A program made the translations under genes and the position numbers. A DNA stretch of 32,731 bases from Kofleriaceae bacterium (GTDB lineage Bacteria > Myxococcota_A > Polyangia > Haliangiales > Haliangiaceae): contig JBKJLC010000240.1 in NCBI GenBank assembly GCA_046597055.1, positions 1-32,731 of the forward strand. The letters run 5' to 3'. Every line of letters starts with the position of its first letter. Position 1 is the stretch's first letter. Below are positions 19,781 through 30,812 of the stretch, piece by piece. The notes under the pieces were generated by a model that worked only from the letters and a program-made list of their open reading frames with translations, was not told where the DNA came from and did not search any database.

Positions 19781-20746
19781 ATGAGTGGGTCGTGGCAGCG
19801 GTGGTGGGGCCCCGTTGTAGTGCTCGCCTTGGGCGGGTGGGAGCCGCTGTGGCGTCTCGATCCCGACGTGGCCGATGGCAATCAGGCGTACGCGAACAAG
19901 CGTTATGACGACGCGGTCGCCGCCTACGAGCGCGCGCGGGCGTCAGGGGTCGACGACGCTGGCCTCGAGTATGACGTCGGTACCGCGAAGATCGGCCGCG
20001 CGGAGGCGCTGCCCGATGAGGCTGCGCGCGCCGCCGCGTACGAAGAGGCGCTGGGGCATCTCGACGCTGCCGCCAGGAGCAAGGACGCCACGCTGGCCGC
20101 GCGGGCTCACTACAACCGCGGCAACGTGCACATGAAGCAGAAGAAGCTCGGGGAGGCGATCGACGCTTACAAGGATTCGCTGCGCGCAGATCCTGACCTC
20201 GAGTCGGCCCGGGTGAACCTCGAGCTGGCGCTGCGGCAGCGCGAGCGGCAGCAGCAGCAGCAGCAGCAGGGCAAAGGCCAGGGTCAGCCCCAGCAGGGTC
20301 AGGGTCAGGGCCAGCCTCAGGACCCGCAGCCGGGGCAGCCGGGGCAGCCAGGCCAGCCGCAGCAAGGTCAGCAAGGGCAGCCGCAGCCTGGCCAGGGCCA
20401 GCCGCAGGATGGCGAGGCGCCGACGCCGCCGCCTCAGCCGGGACCGGATCCGCCGCAGGCCGGCGAATCGGGCCAAGCCGGACAACCGGATAAACCGCCG
20501 CCTGATCCATCCGGCCAGCAGCCGGGGCAACCAGGTCAGCCGGGTGCACAGCAGGGTCAGGGGCAGGGCACGCCGGCGCAGCCACCTCCGAAGTGGCCGC
20601 ACGACGACACCGAGTACGACACTCCCGATACGCCCCGCGATGCCAAGCTGGAACAACTCGAGGACATGTCGCGCCAGCAGCGGCGCGATCAGGTACGGCG
20701 GAAGTCCGGCGGCGATCACCGCTGGCAACAAGAAAAGGATTGGTAG
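19781..20746 (+). CDS. BatC-like TPR protein with a Q/P/G-rich low-complexity tail
   Basis: GNQAYANKRYDDAVAAYE and AHYNRGNVHMKQKKLGEAIDAYKDSLRADP...ARVNLELA, a Q-rich linker, and the terminal EKDW typical of BatC. Start uncertain (19745 or 19781). Confidence 0.82.
   Translation: MSGSWQRWWGPVVVLALGGWEPLWRLDPDVADGNQAYANKRYDDAVAAYERARASGVDDAGLEYDVGTAKIGRAEALPDEAARAAAYEEALGHLDAAARSKDATLAARAHYNRGNVHMKQKKLGEAIDAYKDSLRADPDLESARVNLELALRQRERQQQQQQQGKGQGQPQQGQGQGQPQDPQPGQPGQPGQPQQGQQGQPQPGQGQPQDGEAPTPPPQPGPDPPQAGESGQAGQPDKPPPDPSGQQPGQPGQPGAQQGQGQGTPAQPPPKWPHDDTEYDTPDTPRDAKLEQLEDMSRQQRRDQVRRKSGGDHRWQQEKDW
20249..20585 (+). repeat. Coding low-complexity repeat: (CAG)7 followed by QG/QPG units
   Basis: cag x7 at 20249-20269, then repeated cagggt/cagccgggg units. 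Confidence 0.8.
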
Positions 20747-20748
20747 CC

Positions 20749-22158
<1,410 letters not shown>

Positions 22159-22286
22159 GCCTCCTTCGCGCTGGCGTGGCGTGAGGCGTGGGCGCGGACG
22201 TCAACGCCAACGTGCAGGAGGGGCGGGTAGATCCGATCGCCGCCTGATGCGTCTGCACCGGGCTCCACCCGCACCCGGAGCTCCCG

Positions 22287-22904
22287 ATGCGTCCTCTCCT
22301 GTTCGCCGCGTTGACCGCCCTCATCCTGGTCGCGTCGCTCGCGCCGCTCCGGTCGGCCCACGCCGACACCCGCTTCCACGCCGTGCCGCCCGCTGGCAAG
22401 CCCGCCGACCGGCTCCAGCTCCGCGTCGTCGCCTACGATGGCGCGACCAACGGCGTGCTGACCGTCGAGGTCAAGAACCTGTCGCGCGGGGCCCAGACCT
22501 TCTCGGCGGCCGGCCTCTACTTCGTGCCCGACGGCAAGGCCGACCAGGCCCCGCAGCGGCTCGGCGCGGTCGGCCCGATGCAGCTCGCGAAGGGCGACCA
22601 GATCGAGCGGCGCGATGCGGTCGAGGTGCCCGCGGGCGCGACCGTGCGGGTGACGCTCGACGTCTTCTGCATCGATTCCCACCGCGCCAGTCCGACCGCG
22701 ACCACGCCCTTCACCATCGGCCGCACCCGCATGCCGAAGCAGCTGACCGCGACCATCGCGCGCGACGCCGGCAAGGCCGCCGACCGGGTCGGGGGCTACG
22801 CGGCTCCCGCCGCGAAGTCCGCCGTGCAGACCGAGGTGTGGAAGGCCCGCGACGCGAACTGGTTCCGGCTCGACGGCGAGGGCGCGCAGGAGGTCGGCAA
22901 GTAG
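22287..22904 (+). CDS. Secreted protein with thioester-domain-like motifs
   Basis: Sec signal ending AHA, GGAG RBS, GC3-rich codons. Contains VFCID and VQTEVW; the Cys is the only one in the protein. Confidence 0.7.
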   Translation: MRPLLFAALTALILVASLAPLRSAHADTRFHAVPPAGKPADRLQLRVVAYDGATNGVLTVEVKNLSRGAQTFSAAGLYFVPDGKADQAPQRLGAVGPMQLAKGDQIERRDAVEVPAGATVRVTLDVFCIDSHRASPTATTPFTIGRTRMPKQLTATIARDAGKAADRVGGYAAPAAKSAVQTEVWKARDANWFRLDGEGAQEVGK

Positions 22905-22925
22905 CCGCGCGGCCTCGCGTGGGCG

Positions 22926-25900
22926 CTACAGCGCGACCGGCAAGCGGAACGAGAACGTCGCGCCCTTGCCGAGCTCGCTGGCGACCCAGATCGATCCACC
23001 GTGGCGCCGGATGATCTCGCGCGACAGGTAGAGGCCGAGCCCGATGCCGCCGCGGCGCGCGGCGCCGGCGCCCTGGGTGAACTTCTCGAACAGCTGGGCC
23101 TGCAGCTCGGCGCTCATGCCGGGGCCGTGGTCGCGGACGTCGACCCGGATGACCTCGCCGATCTCGTCGTCGGCGTCGGTCGGGATCCACGCCCGGGGAT
23201 CCGAGGGCGGGATCGGCGGCGCCACCGGGTCGCCCGCGCGCACGACCTCGCGGCGGGCGGCGATGACGATGGTGGCGCCATCGGGCGAGAACTTGATCGC
23301 GTTGCCGAGCAGGTTCGACAGCACCTGGGCCAGCCGATCGGCGTTGCCCATGCCTGGGCCGAGCGGCTCGTCGACGTCGATCGTGAGGCGCAGGCGGCGG
23401 GTGGTCAGCGCGCGCGCGAACCCGCCGGTGACGTCGTGGATGAGCTTGCCGACGTCGACCGTGGTCATCGACCAGTCGTTGTGGCCGGCCTCGTGGCGCG
23501 CCATCTCGAACACGTTGTCGACCAGGCGGCGCAGGCGCTCGGCGTCGTGGCGGATGCGCGCGAACAGCTCGGCCGGCGCCAGGGTGTCCGACCCGCCGGC
23601 CGACTCCGCGCCCATCTCGGAGTAGCCGAGGATGCCGGCGAGCGGGTTGCGGATCTCGTGGGCGAGGATCGACATCAGCTCCGAGGTGCGCCGGGCGTCG
23701 TCGAGCAGGCGGCCATGATCGAGCGCGAGCGCCAGCGGCATGGTCGCGGCGTCGAGCAGCGACAGATCGAGCGGGGCCTCGTCGATGTCGCCGCCCTGCG
23801 AATCGGCGTAGACGATGCCGGTCAGGCGCCCGCGCGCGCGCAGCGGCGCCGCGTAGACCCGGCGGACCCCGAGCGCGACCACGCTCGACTGCTCGCGCAG
23901 CTCGGCATCGAGCACCGCGTCGGCCACCGCGATCGCCTGGCCGGAGGCGGCGACCTTGCGGACGATCGTCCCCGACACCTCGGCGTCGCCCTTGTCGAAG
24001 GTGCGGGCGCCCGGCCGCAGGCGGCGGGCGCGGATGCGCGGCCGCCCCTGCGGATCGAGGGTGAGGACGAAGCCGCGGGTGCAGCGCGCATCACGCAGGA
24101 TGCCGTCGAGCGCCAGCTCGATCGCGGCGTCGGCGTCGCCGGCGGCGGCCGCGCGCGCCAGGTCGACGGTGCCGGGGTCGATCGCCGCCACGACCGCGGC
24201 GCCGAGCGCGCGCTGCAGGGCGCGCAGCCGCTCGAGATCCCAGCGGGCGCCGAGCGCGGTCAGCTCGGCGTCGGCGGCGGCCAGGTGCACGCGCGCGCCG
24301 ACGTCGTCGCGGATCGCGTGGGCGAGCTCGGCCGCCTCGAACGCGACCTTGGCCAGCTCGTAGCGGGCGCCCAGGCCCGACAGCAGCTCGCGAGCGCGAT
24401 CGACGAACCACGCGGCCGACTCGAAGTCGCCCTGGCAGCGCAGCGCGGTCGCCGCCACCCGGTGCAGCACGCCCTCCTCGAACCGGTTGGCGCCGTCGCG
24501 GGCGTCGCGGGCGGCCTCGAGCGCGCGCGCCAGCGCCTCGTCGACCCGGCCGACCGTGAGATCGAGCTCGGCGAGCCGGCGCCGGGTCTCGATCGCATCG
24601 TCGCGGGCGCCCAGCTTCACGAACTCGGCGAGCGCGCGGTCGTAGCGCTCGCGCGACGGGCCGAGGTCGCCGGCGCGGGCGTCGACCTCGCCGCGGTTGG
24701 CGAGGACCATCGCCTGCATGAGCGGGTGACCGAGCGCGGCGGCCAGCTCGGCGGCCCGCGCCAGCGCGGCGCGCGCCTCGCCGAGGATGCCGAGCTCGCG
24801 GTACAGCGAGCCGAGATTGTTGAGCGCGTACAGCGTCTCCAGCCGGTCGCCCTGGCGCTCGGTCTGCTGGCGGAACTGCTCCCACAGCCGGCGGGCCCGG
24901 GCCCAGTCGCCCTGGTAGTAGCAGGCCGCGGCCAGATTGTTGAGCGAGCGCGCGCGCTGGACCAGATCGCCCTGGGTCTCGGCGCCGGCGACCGCGCGCT
25001 CGAGCGCGGCGATCGCGCGCGGGTAGTCGCCGGCCTGGATCGCAGCCCGGCCGATCTCGTGCGAGATGCCGGGATCGAGCCGGTGCTCGGCGTCGTCGGC
25101 GACCTCGGCCAGCGCCTCGTCGAGGATCGCGATCGCGCGGCGCGGATCACCCATGCTGGTCGCGACCGCGGCCGACAGCCGGCCCAGCTCGGCGGTCAGC
25201 AGGCGATCGCCCGCGCGGCGTGCGAGCGCGGCGCCGACCGCGGCGTGCTCGGCGGCGACCGCGAAGTCGGCGGTGTGCGAGTGCAGCCAGCCGATCCGCA
25301 GGTGACAGCGGGCCTCGAGCGCCGGATCGCCGCGCCGGCGAGCCAGGGTGAGCGCGGCCCCGGCCGCCTCGAGCGCGCGGCCGGGCTCGCTGCGGCGGCG
25401 CTCGACCTCGGCGATCTCGAGCTGGAGCTGGACCTGTTCCTCGAGCGAGGCGCCGTCCGACGCGAGCCGGAAGTGATGGAGCGCGAGCGCGAGATCGCCG
25501 TGCTGGCTGGCGAGCTCGGCGACCCGGCGGACCAGGTGGCGGTGCTCGCCGGCTTCGGCCAGCGCCAGCGCGTCGGTGGCGTGGGCCAGCGCGCCCGACA
25601 GATCGCCGCCGCGGGCGGCCTCGTCGGCGGCGGCCAGGCACCAGCGCGAGGCCTGCGGACCGTCGCCCAGCGCGCGGTGGTGACGCGCGAGCGCGGCTGC
25701 CGGCACCGCGGTCCCGGCGGCGAGCCGGTCGTCGAGCGCGAGCGCGGCCCGGCGGTGGTACTCGAGGCGCGCGCCCGGGGTCAGCTCGCGGCCGAGCGCG
25801 TCGGCCAGCTCGCGGTGGGCGAACCGGAACCGGCCGGCCGCGGGGTCGGCGGTGAGCACGCGCGCGGCGACCGCGTCGGCCAGCGCGGCCTCGAGATCGT

Positions 25901-27842
25901 CGTGGGTCGGATCGATCGCGGTCTGGCGCGAGCGGTCGTCGTCGACCGCGCCGTCGGGGAGCGCCAGCCGGTTCGAGACCGAGAGCACGCCGTCGGCCAG
26001 GGCTTCGGGCACCCCGTCGGCCAAGGCTGGCGGGGGCGTCATCCCGAGGATCGCGATCAGCAGGTCGCGATCGAAGGTATCGCCGAGGATCGCGGCCGCG
26101 CGCAGCAGCGCGCGCGACGACGGCGCCAGCGCCGCCAGCCGGTTCATGGCGCCCTGGCGGGCGGCGGCCAGGAGCGGGACCACCAGGTCGCGGCTGGCGA
26201 TCCACTGGCCGCCGACCCGGGCCAGGCTGCCGGCCTCGACCATCGCGTCGAGGGTCGCGAGCGAGTGGCGAGGGTTGCCGCCCGAGACCCGGCGCACGTC
26301 GTCGGCGATGCGGGCGCCGACCTCGGCGCCGACCGCGGCGGTCATCAGCGCGAAGAAGCTCGACTGGCCGAGCGGGGCGAGCTCGAACCGACGGCCACGC
26401 GCGACCGTCAGCACGGCGTCTTCGAGCGGGGTCCGGGCCTGGCCCCGCTCGGGGGCGGCGGCATGGCCGGCCATCACCAGCAGGACCCGGGCATCGGGGA
26501 CCGCGCGCGCGAGGTACGCGAGCACGTCGATGCTGGCCGGCGCCGCCGCGTCGAGGTCGTCGATCAGGAGCCCGAGCGGGCGGGCTGCGCCGGCGGCGGC
26601 GACCAGCTCGGCCACGGTCTCCGCGACCACCCACCGACCCGGCCCCGACGACGCGGTGCCGGTTGCCAGCAGCGTCGCCAGCGCCTGCTGATGGGTCGCG
26701 CGGGCCTGGCCGCCGCGCTCGGCCCACGCCGGGCCCGCGATCGCGAGCAGCGCCCGGGTCAGCTCGCGCACCACGCCCCAGGTCTCGTCGCTGGCACGCG
26801 CCGACAGCCGTAGCACCTGACCGCCCTCGAGCTGGAGACGCAGCCCGAGCTCGGCGAGCAGCCGGCTCTTGCCGATGCCGGGCTCGCCGACGATCAGCAC
26901 CGGCGCGCCGCGGCCGGCCTGCGCCTCCGACCACGCCCGCTCGAGCTCGCCGAGCTCGTGGTCGCGACCGAACACGGTGCCGACCTCGATCGCGACCCGC
27001 GGCGTACGCACCGACGGGGCCCGCTCGGCGAGCACGCCGCGGTGGCCGAGCGTATCGGCCAGCGCTCGCCAGCGCTCGAGCACCTCGTCGGCGGTCTGCG
27101 GGCGCGCGCCCGGGACCGGATCGAGGAGCGCGGTCATGAGATCGGCGAGCGCCGCCGGCAGCTCGGGCCGCAGCCGGCGTGGATCCGACGGCGCGCCGGC
27201 TCGCTGGGCGGCGACGATCGCGCGCGGGGTCGGGCCCTCGAACGGGCGCGAGCCGGTGACCAGCTGCCAGAGCACGACCCCGAACGAGTACAGATCGGAG
27301 CGCGGATCGAGCCGCCCCGACCACGCCTCGGGCGCCGCGTAGCCCATGGTGCCGCGCGCGGTGGGGCCGCTGGGATCGGCGAGCGGCGCGGCCAGGCCGA
27401 AGTCGACCAGGCGGGCCGCGCGGCCGGGCGTGGTCTGCAGGCTGCGGCCGTCGACCAGGATGTTGCTCGGCTTGACGTCGGCGTGGACCATCCCGCTGGC
27501 GTGGACCGCGGCCAGCGCGTCCAGCACGCCGGCGAGGAGCGCGTAGAAGATCCGCTCGGTCGGGGGGCCGGCCGCCTCGATCAGCGAGGGTCCGATCACC
27601 AGCTCCATGGTGAAGTACTCGCCGCCCTCGGTGAGCCCGTAGTCGAGCACCGACACCACGTTGGGGTGCCGCAGCCGGGCCAGCGCGACGAACTCACCGC
27701 GCAGGTTGGTGCCCCAGCGGGGACGCGGCATGATCTTGAGCGCGACCTCACGGCCGGTGGCGAGATCGAGCGCGCGGTGGACGACGCCAATCGAACCTGC
27801 TCCCAGCCGCTCGATCAGCCGGTAGCGCTCGGCCGGCCTCAT
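22926..27842 (-). CDS. Hybrid Ser/Thr kinase - P-loop NTPase - TPR - GAF - histidine kinase
   Basis: STK: LGAGSIGVV, VALK, HADVKPSN, DFG, YAAPE. NTPase: GEPGIGKS, LLIDDLD. TPR: SLNNLAAAC, ALNNLGSLY. GAF: APLRARGRLTGIVYAD. HisKA: AHEIRNPL. HATPase: NLLGNAIKF, DHGPGM, GIGLGL. Confidence 0.93.
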   Translation of the reverse strand: MRPAERYRLIERLGAGSIGVVHRALDLATGREVALKIMPRPRWGTNLRGEFVALARLRHPNVVSVLDYGLTEGGEYFTMELVIGPSLIEAAGPPTERIFYALLAGVLDALAAVHASGMVHADVKPSNILVDGRSLQTTPGRAARLVDFGLAAPLADPSGPTARGTMGYAAPEAWSGRLDPRSDLYSFGVVLWQLVTGSRPFEGPTPRAIVAAQRAGAPSDPRRLRPELPAALADLMTALLDPVPGARPQTADEVLERWRALADTLGHRGVLAERAPSVRTPRVAIEVGTVFGRDHELGELERAWSEAQAGRGAPVLIVGEPGIGKSRLLAELGLRLQLEGGQVLRLSARASDETWGVVRELTRALLAIAGPAWAERGGQARATHQQALATLLATGTASSGPGRWVVAETVAELVAAAGAARPLGLLIDDLDAAAPASIDVLAYLARAVPDARVLLVMAGHAAAPERGQARTPLEDAVLTVARGRRFELAPLGQSSFFALMTAAVGAEVGARIADDVRRVSGGNPRHSLATLDAMVEAGSLARVGGQWIASRDLVVPLLAAARQGAMNRLAALAPSSRALLRAAAILGDTFDRDLLIAILGMTPPPALADGVPEALADGVLSVSNRLALPDGAVDDDRSRQTAIDPTHDDLEAALADAVAARVLTADPAAGRFRFAHRELADALGRELTPGARLEYHRRAALALDDRLAAGTAVPAAALARHHRALGDGPQASRWCLAAADEAARGGDLSGALAHATDALALAEAGEHRHLVRRVAELASQHGDLALALHHFRLASDGASLEEQVQLQLEIAEVERRRSEPGRALEAAGAALTLARRRGDPALEARCHLRIGWLHSHTADFAVAAEHAAVGAALARRAGDRLLTAELGRLSAAVATSMGDPRRAIAILDEALAEVADDAEHRLDPGISHEIGRAAIQAGDYPRAIAALERAVAGAETQGDLVQRARSLNNLAAACYYQGDWARARRLWEQFRQQTERQGDRLETLYALNNLGSLYRELGILGEARAALARAAELAAALGHPLMQAMVLANRGEVDARAGDLGPSRERYDRALAEFVKLGARDDAIETRRRLAELDLTVGRVDEALARALEAARDARDGANRFEEGVLHRVAATALRCQGDFESAAWFVDRARELLSGLGARYELAKVAFEAAELAHAIRDDVGARVHLAAADAELTALGARWDLERLRALQRALGAAVVAAIDPGTVDLARAAAAGDADAAIELALDGILRDARCTRGFVLTLDPQGRPRIRARRLRPGARTFDKGDAEVSGTIVRKVAASGQAIAVADAVLDAELREQSSVVALGVRRVYAAPLRARGRLTGIVYADSQGGDIDEAPLDLSLLDAATMPLALALDHGRLLDDARRTSELMSILAHEIRNPLAGILGYSEMGAESAGGSDTLAPAELFARIRHDAERLRRLVDNVFEMARHEAGHNDWSMTTVDVGKLIHDVTGGFARALTTRRLRLTIDVDEPLGPGMGNADRLAQVLSNLLGNAIKFSPDGATIVIAARREVVRAGDPVAPPIPPSDPRAWIPTDADDEIGEVIRVDVRDHGPGMSAELQAQLFEKFTQGAGAARRGGIGLGLYLSREIIRRHGGSIWVASELGKGATFSFRLPVAL

Positions 27843-27965
27843 CTAGACGCGATCATTGCGGCCAGACGGCCGGGGCGCAAGCCAGCGCGCCTCGCTTCGC
27901 CCGCGGCTGGCGACCGATCGCCACCGCAGGGAGGCCCGCCGTGGTCGCCCCGCGGGTCGGCTCGG

Positions 27966-28268
27966 TCAGTCTTCGGGACCGCGATTGGCGGCCGCCGCGC
28001 GTCCCCAGGCGCGGGGCGCGGACCGGGCGACCGGGGCCTCGGGCACCGCGTCTGCGATCGCCTCGGCGCGCCGCAGCGACGCACCGACGCACCCGACCGC
28101 GCTGCGCCAGATACCGAGCAGGCGATCGCGCCCGAGCCGCTGCAGGACCGCCTCGGCCGCCTCGTCGTCCGCCACGTCGGCGGCGTCGTACCGGTCGCGC
28201 TCCTGCGAGCCGTCGGCCGCCGCCCACGACGCCAGCGACGCCACGTCGTCCTCGTCTCGATGGCTCAT
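27966..28268 (-). CDS. Small acidic hypothetical protein (100 aa)
   Basis: ATG at 28268 reads MSHRDEDDVASLASWAAAD...EAVLQRLGRDRLLGIWRSAV. It fills the gap between the aminotransferase and the kinase, and a sigma-54 motif lies directly upstream. Confidence 0.5.
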   Translation of the reverse strand: MSHRDEDDVASLASWAAADGSQERDRYDAADVADDEAAEAVLQRLGRDRLLGIWRSAVGCVGASLRRAEAIADAVPEAPVARSAPRAWGRAAAANRGPED

Positions 28269-28280
28269 GCCAGTCTGTAC

Positions 28281-28296
28281 TGCAGCGGTCGTGCCG
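28281..28296 (-). promoter_or_regulatory. Sigma-54 (-24/-12) promoter
   Basis: Minus strand CGGCACGACCGCTGCA versus consensus TGGCACGRNNNTTGCW, with exact GG-N10-GC spacing. Confidence 0.62.
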
Positions 28297-28428
28297 CAAT
28301 CAGCCAGCTTGATCTCGCTGCCTTGCAGCGACGAGCGAGGCGCGTACGCACAGGGGGGCGCGGGGGGGCCGCACTGGTGAGGTACGGCGGCCACGGTGGA
28401 CGTGACCGGCGCCACCGTGCGGGCAAGG

Positions 28429-29646
28429 TCAGCGCAGCGCGAGCAGGGCGTCGCGCATCCGCTGCACGCCCTCGCGGAGGTTCTCCATCGAGCAGGCGTA
28501 CGACAGCCGGACGTGACCCGCGGCGCCGAAGCCCGAGCCCGGCACCACCGCGACCCGGGCGTGCTCGACCAGCCAGTCGCACAGGCTGACGTCATCGCCG
28601 AGCGTCTTGCCCTCGGCGGTGCTGCGGCCGAGGAACGCGCCGAGGTCGGGGAACGCGTAGAAGGCGCCCTTGGGCTCGCGGCAGGCCACGCCGGGGATGG
28701 CGCGCAGCAGCTCGACCATGGCCTGGCGGCGCTCGTCGAACGCCTTGCGCATGACCTCGACCGGCTCCTGCGGGCCGGTGATCGCGGCCAGGGCCGCCAG
28801 CTGCGCGAGGTGGGTCGGGTTGGAGGTCGACTGACCCTGGACCTTCGCCATCGCCTTGATGATCGGCGCCGGGCCGGCCGCGTAGCCGATGCGCCAGCCG
28901 GTCATCGCGTAGGTCTTGCTGACGCCGTCGACCAGGATCGTGCGCGCGGCCAGCTCGGGGCCGACCGCCGCGATCGACGCGTAGGTGGCACCGCCGTAGA
29001 CCAGCGAGCGGTAGATGTCGTCGGACACCACCAGCAGGTTCTTCTCGACCACGACCTCGGCGAGCGCGGCGATCTGCGCCGGCGAATAGACCGCGCCGGT
29101 CGGGTTCGACGGCGTGTTGAGCACGACCGCGCGGGTGCGCGGCGTGATGTGGGCGCGCAGCGCGTCGGCGCGCATCGTGAAGTCGTCGTCGGGCGAGGTC
29201 GGCACGATCACCGGCGTGCCGCCGGCCATCATCACCATGTCGGGATAGCTGACCCAGTACGGCGCCGGGATGATCACCTCGTCGCCGGGATCGAGCAGCG
29301 CGATGAACAGGTTGTAGAGCGAGTGCTTGGCGCCGCATGACACCAGCACGTTCTCGGCGGCGATGGCGGTGTTGTGGACCCGGCCCAGCTCGGCCGCGAT
29401 CGCGGCCCGCAGCGGCGCCACGCCGCCGACCTCGGTGTACTTGGCGACCGCGCCCTTCCCGAGCGCCTCGCGCGCGGCCGCCTTGATGTGCTCGGGGGTG
29501 TCGAAGTCCGGCTCGCCGGCGCCGAAGCTGATGACGTCGACGCCCTGGGCCTTGAGGCGCGCGGCCTTGGCGGTGACCGCCAGGGTGATCGAGGGCTTGA
29601 TCGCGTCGAGGCGAGCGGCGGTCTTCACGTTGGGGGGAGCGGTCAT
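28429..29646 (-). CDS. PLP-dependent aminotransferase class I/II (aspartate aminotransferase-like)
   Basis: GAGEPDFDTP, PYWVSY, NTPSNPTG, SDDIY, SKTYAMTGWRIGY (PLP Lys), GAFYAFP and VRLSYA. Confidence 0.95.
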   Translation of the reverse strand: MTAPPNVKTAARLDAIKPSITLAVTAKAARLKAQGVDVISFGAGEPDFDTPEHIKAAAREALGKGAVAKYTEVGGVAPLRAAIAAELGRVHNTAIAAENVLVSCGAKHSLYNLFIALLDPGDEVIIPAPYWVSYPDMVMMAGGTPVIVPTSPDDDFTMRADALRAHITPRTRAVVLNTPSNPTGAVYSPAQIAALAEVVVEKNLLVVSDDIYRSLVYGGATYASIAAVGPELAARTILVDGVSKTYAMTGWRIGYAAGPAPIIKAMAKVQGQSTSNPTHLAQLAALAAITGPQEPVEVMRKAFDERRQAMVELLRAIPGVACREPKGAFYAFPDLGAFLGRSTAEGKTLGDDVSLCDWLVEHARVAVVPGSGFGAAGHVRLSYACSMENLREGVQRMRDALLALR

Positions 29647-29657
29647 GTCGGGTCTCC

Positions 29658-30184
<527 letters not shown>

Positions 30185-30188
<4 letters not shown>

Positions 30189-30748
30189 GGTGCGGGCTCC
30201 CGCTCAGGTTCGATCCGGTACAGCGACAACGCGGTGTCGCCGTAGCGGCGCAGGCTCGTTCGTATCAGAAACCCGGCGCGGTCGGGAGGTGGACCGCGGT
30301 GAGCGTGCTCCACCACGATCACCGCGTCGTCCGTGAGCCGGACTCGCGGCAGCGCGGTCAGCGCGGCGACCGCGCCGTCGGCGTAGGGCGGATCCATGAA
30401 CACCCAGGTCCACCGGGGCCCGGGCGCCGGCGCGTTCAGGAACCGCGTGACGTCGGTGGTGACCACCGAGGATCGTGCGTCGACGCCGAGCTCGGTCAGG
30501 TTCTGGCGCAGCACCGCCAGCGCCGGCCGCGCCCGCTCGACGAACGTGGCCGCCACCGCGCCGCGCGACAGCGCCTCGATCCCGAGCGCGCCCGAGCCGG
30601 CGTACAGGTCGAGGACGTGCAGGTCGTCGGGCGGCGGGCCGAGGACGTTGAACAGCGCCTCGCGCACCTTCTCGGTGGTGGGCCGGGTCGCGGCGCCGTG
30701 GGGGGCACGGAGCACGCGACCTCCGAGACTGCCCGCTACGATGCGCAC
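30185..30748 (-). CDS. rsmD: 16S rRNA (guanine966-N2)-methyltransferase
   Basis: MRIVAG..GR, TRPT..KVREALFN, LDLYAGSGALGIEALSRG, DPPY and YGDT. Overlaps the coaD start. Confidence 0.94.
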
Positions 30749-30775
30749 CGAAGTCGCTTATCATGGAGCGCCGGT

Positions 30776-30804
30776 TTGTGTCGTTGTGCCGGCAACGCTA
30801 CGAT
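30776..30804 (+). promoter_or_regulatory. Putative sigma-70 promoter of the CoA-ligase-like gene
   Basis: TTGTGT, 17-bp spacer, TACGAT, ending 8 nt before ATG 30813. The palindrome CGTTG-N6-CAACG fills the spacer. Confidence 0.4.
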
Positions 30805-30812
30805 AGCCCCGG

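Noticed and set aside
19943..20731. Leu/Arg-rich antisense ORF over batC as a possible overlapping gene
   Set aside because: The Leu runs are just the reverse complement of the CAG repeats.
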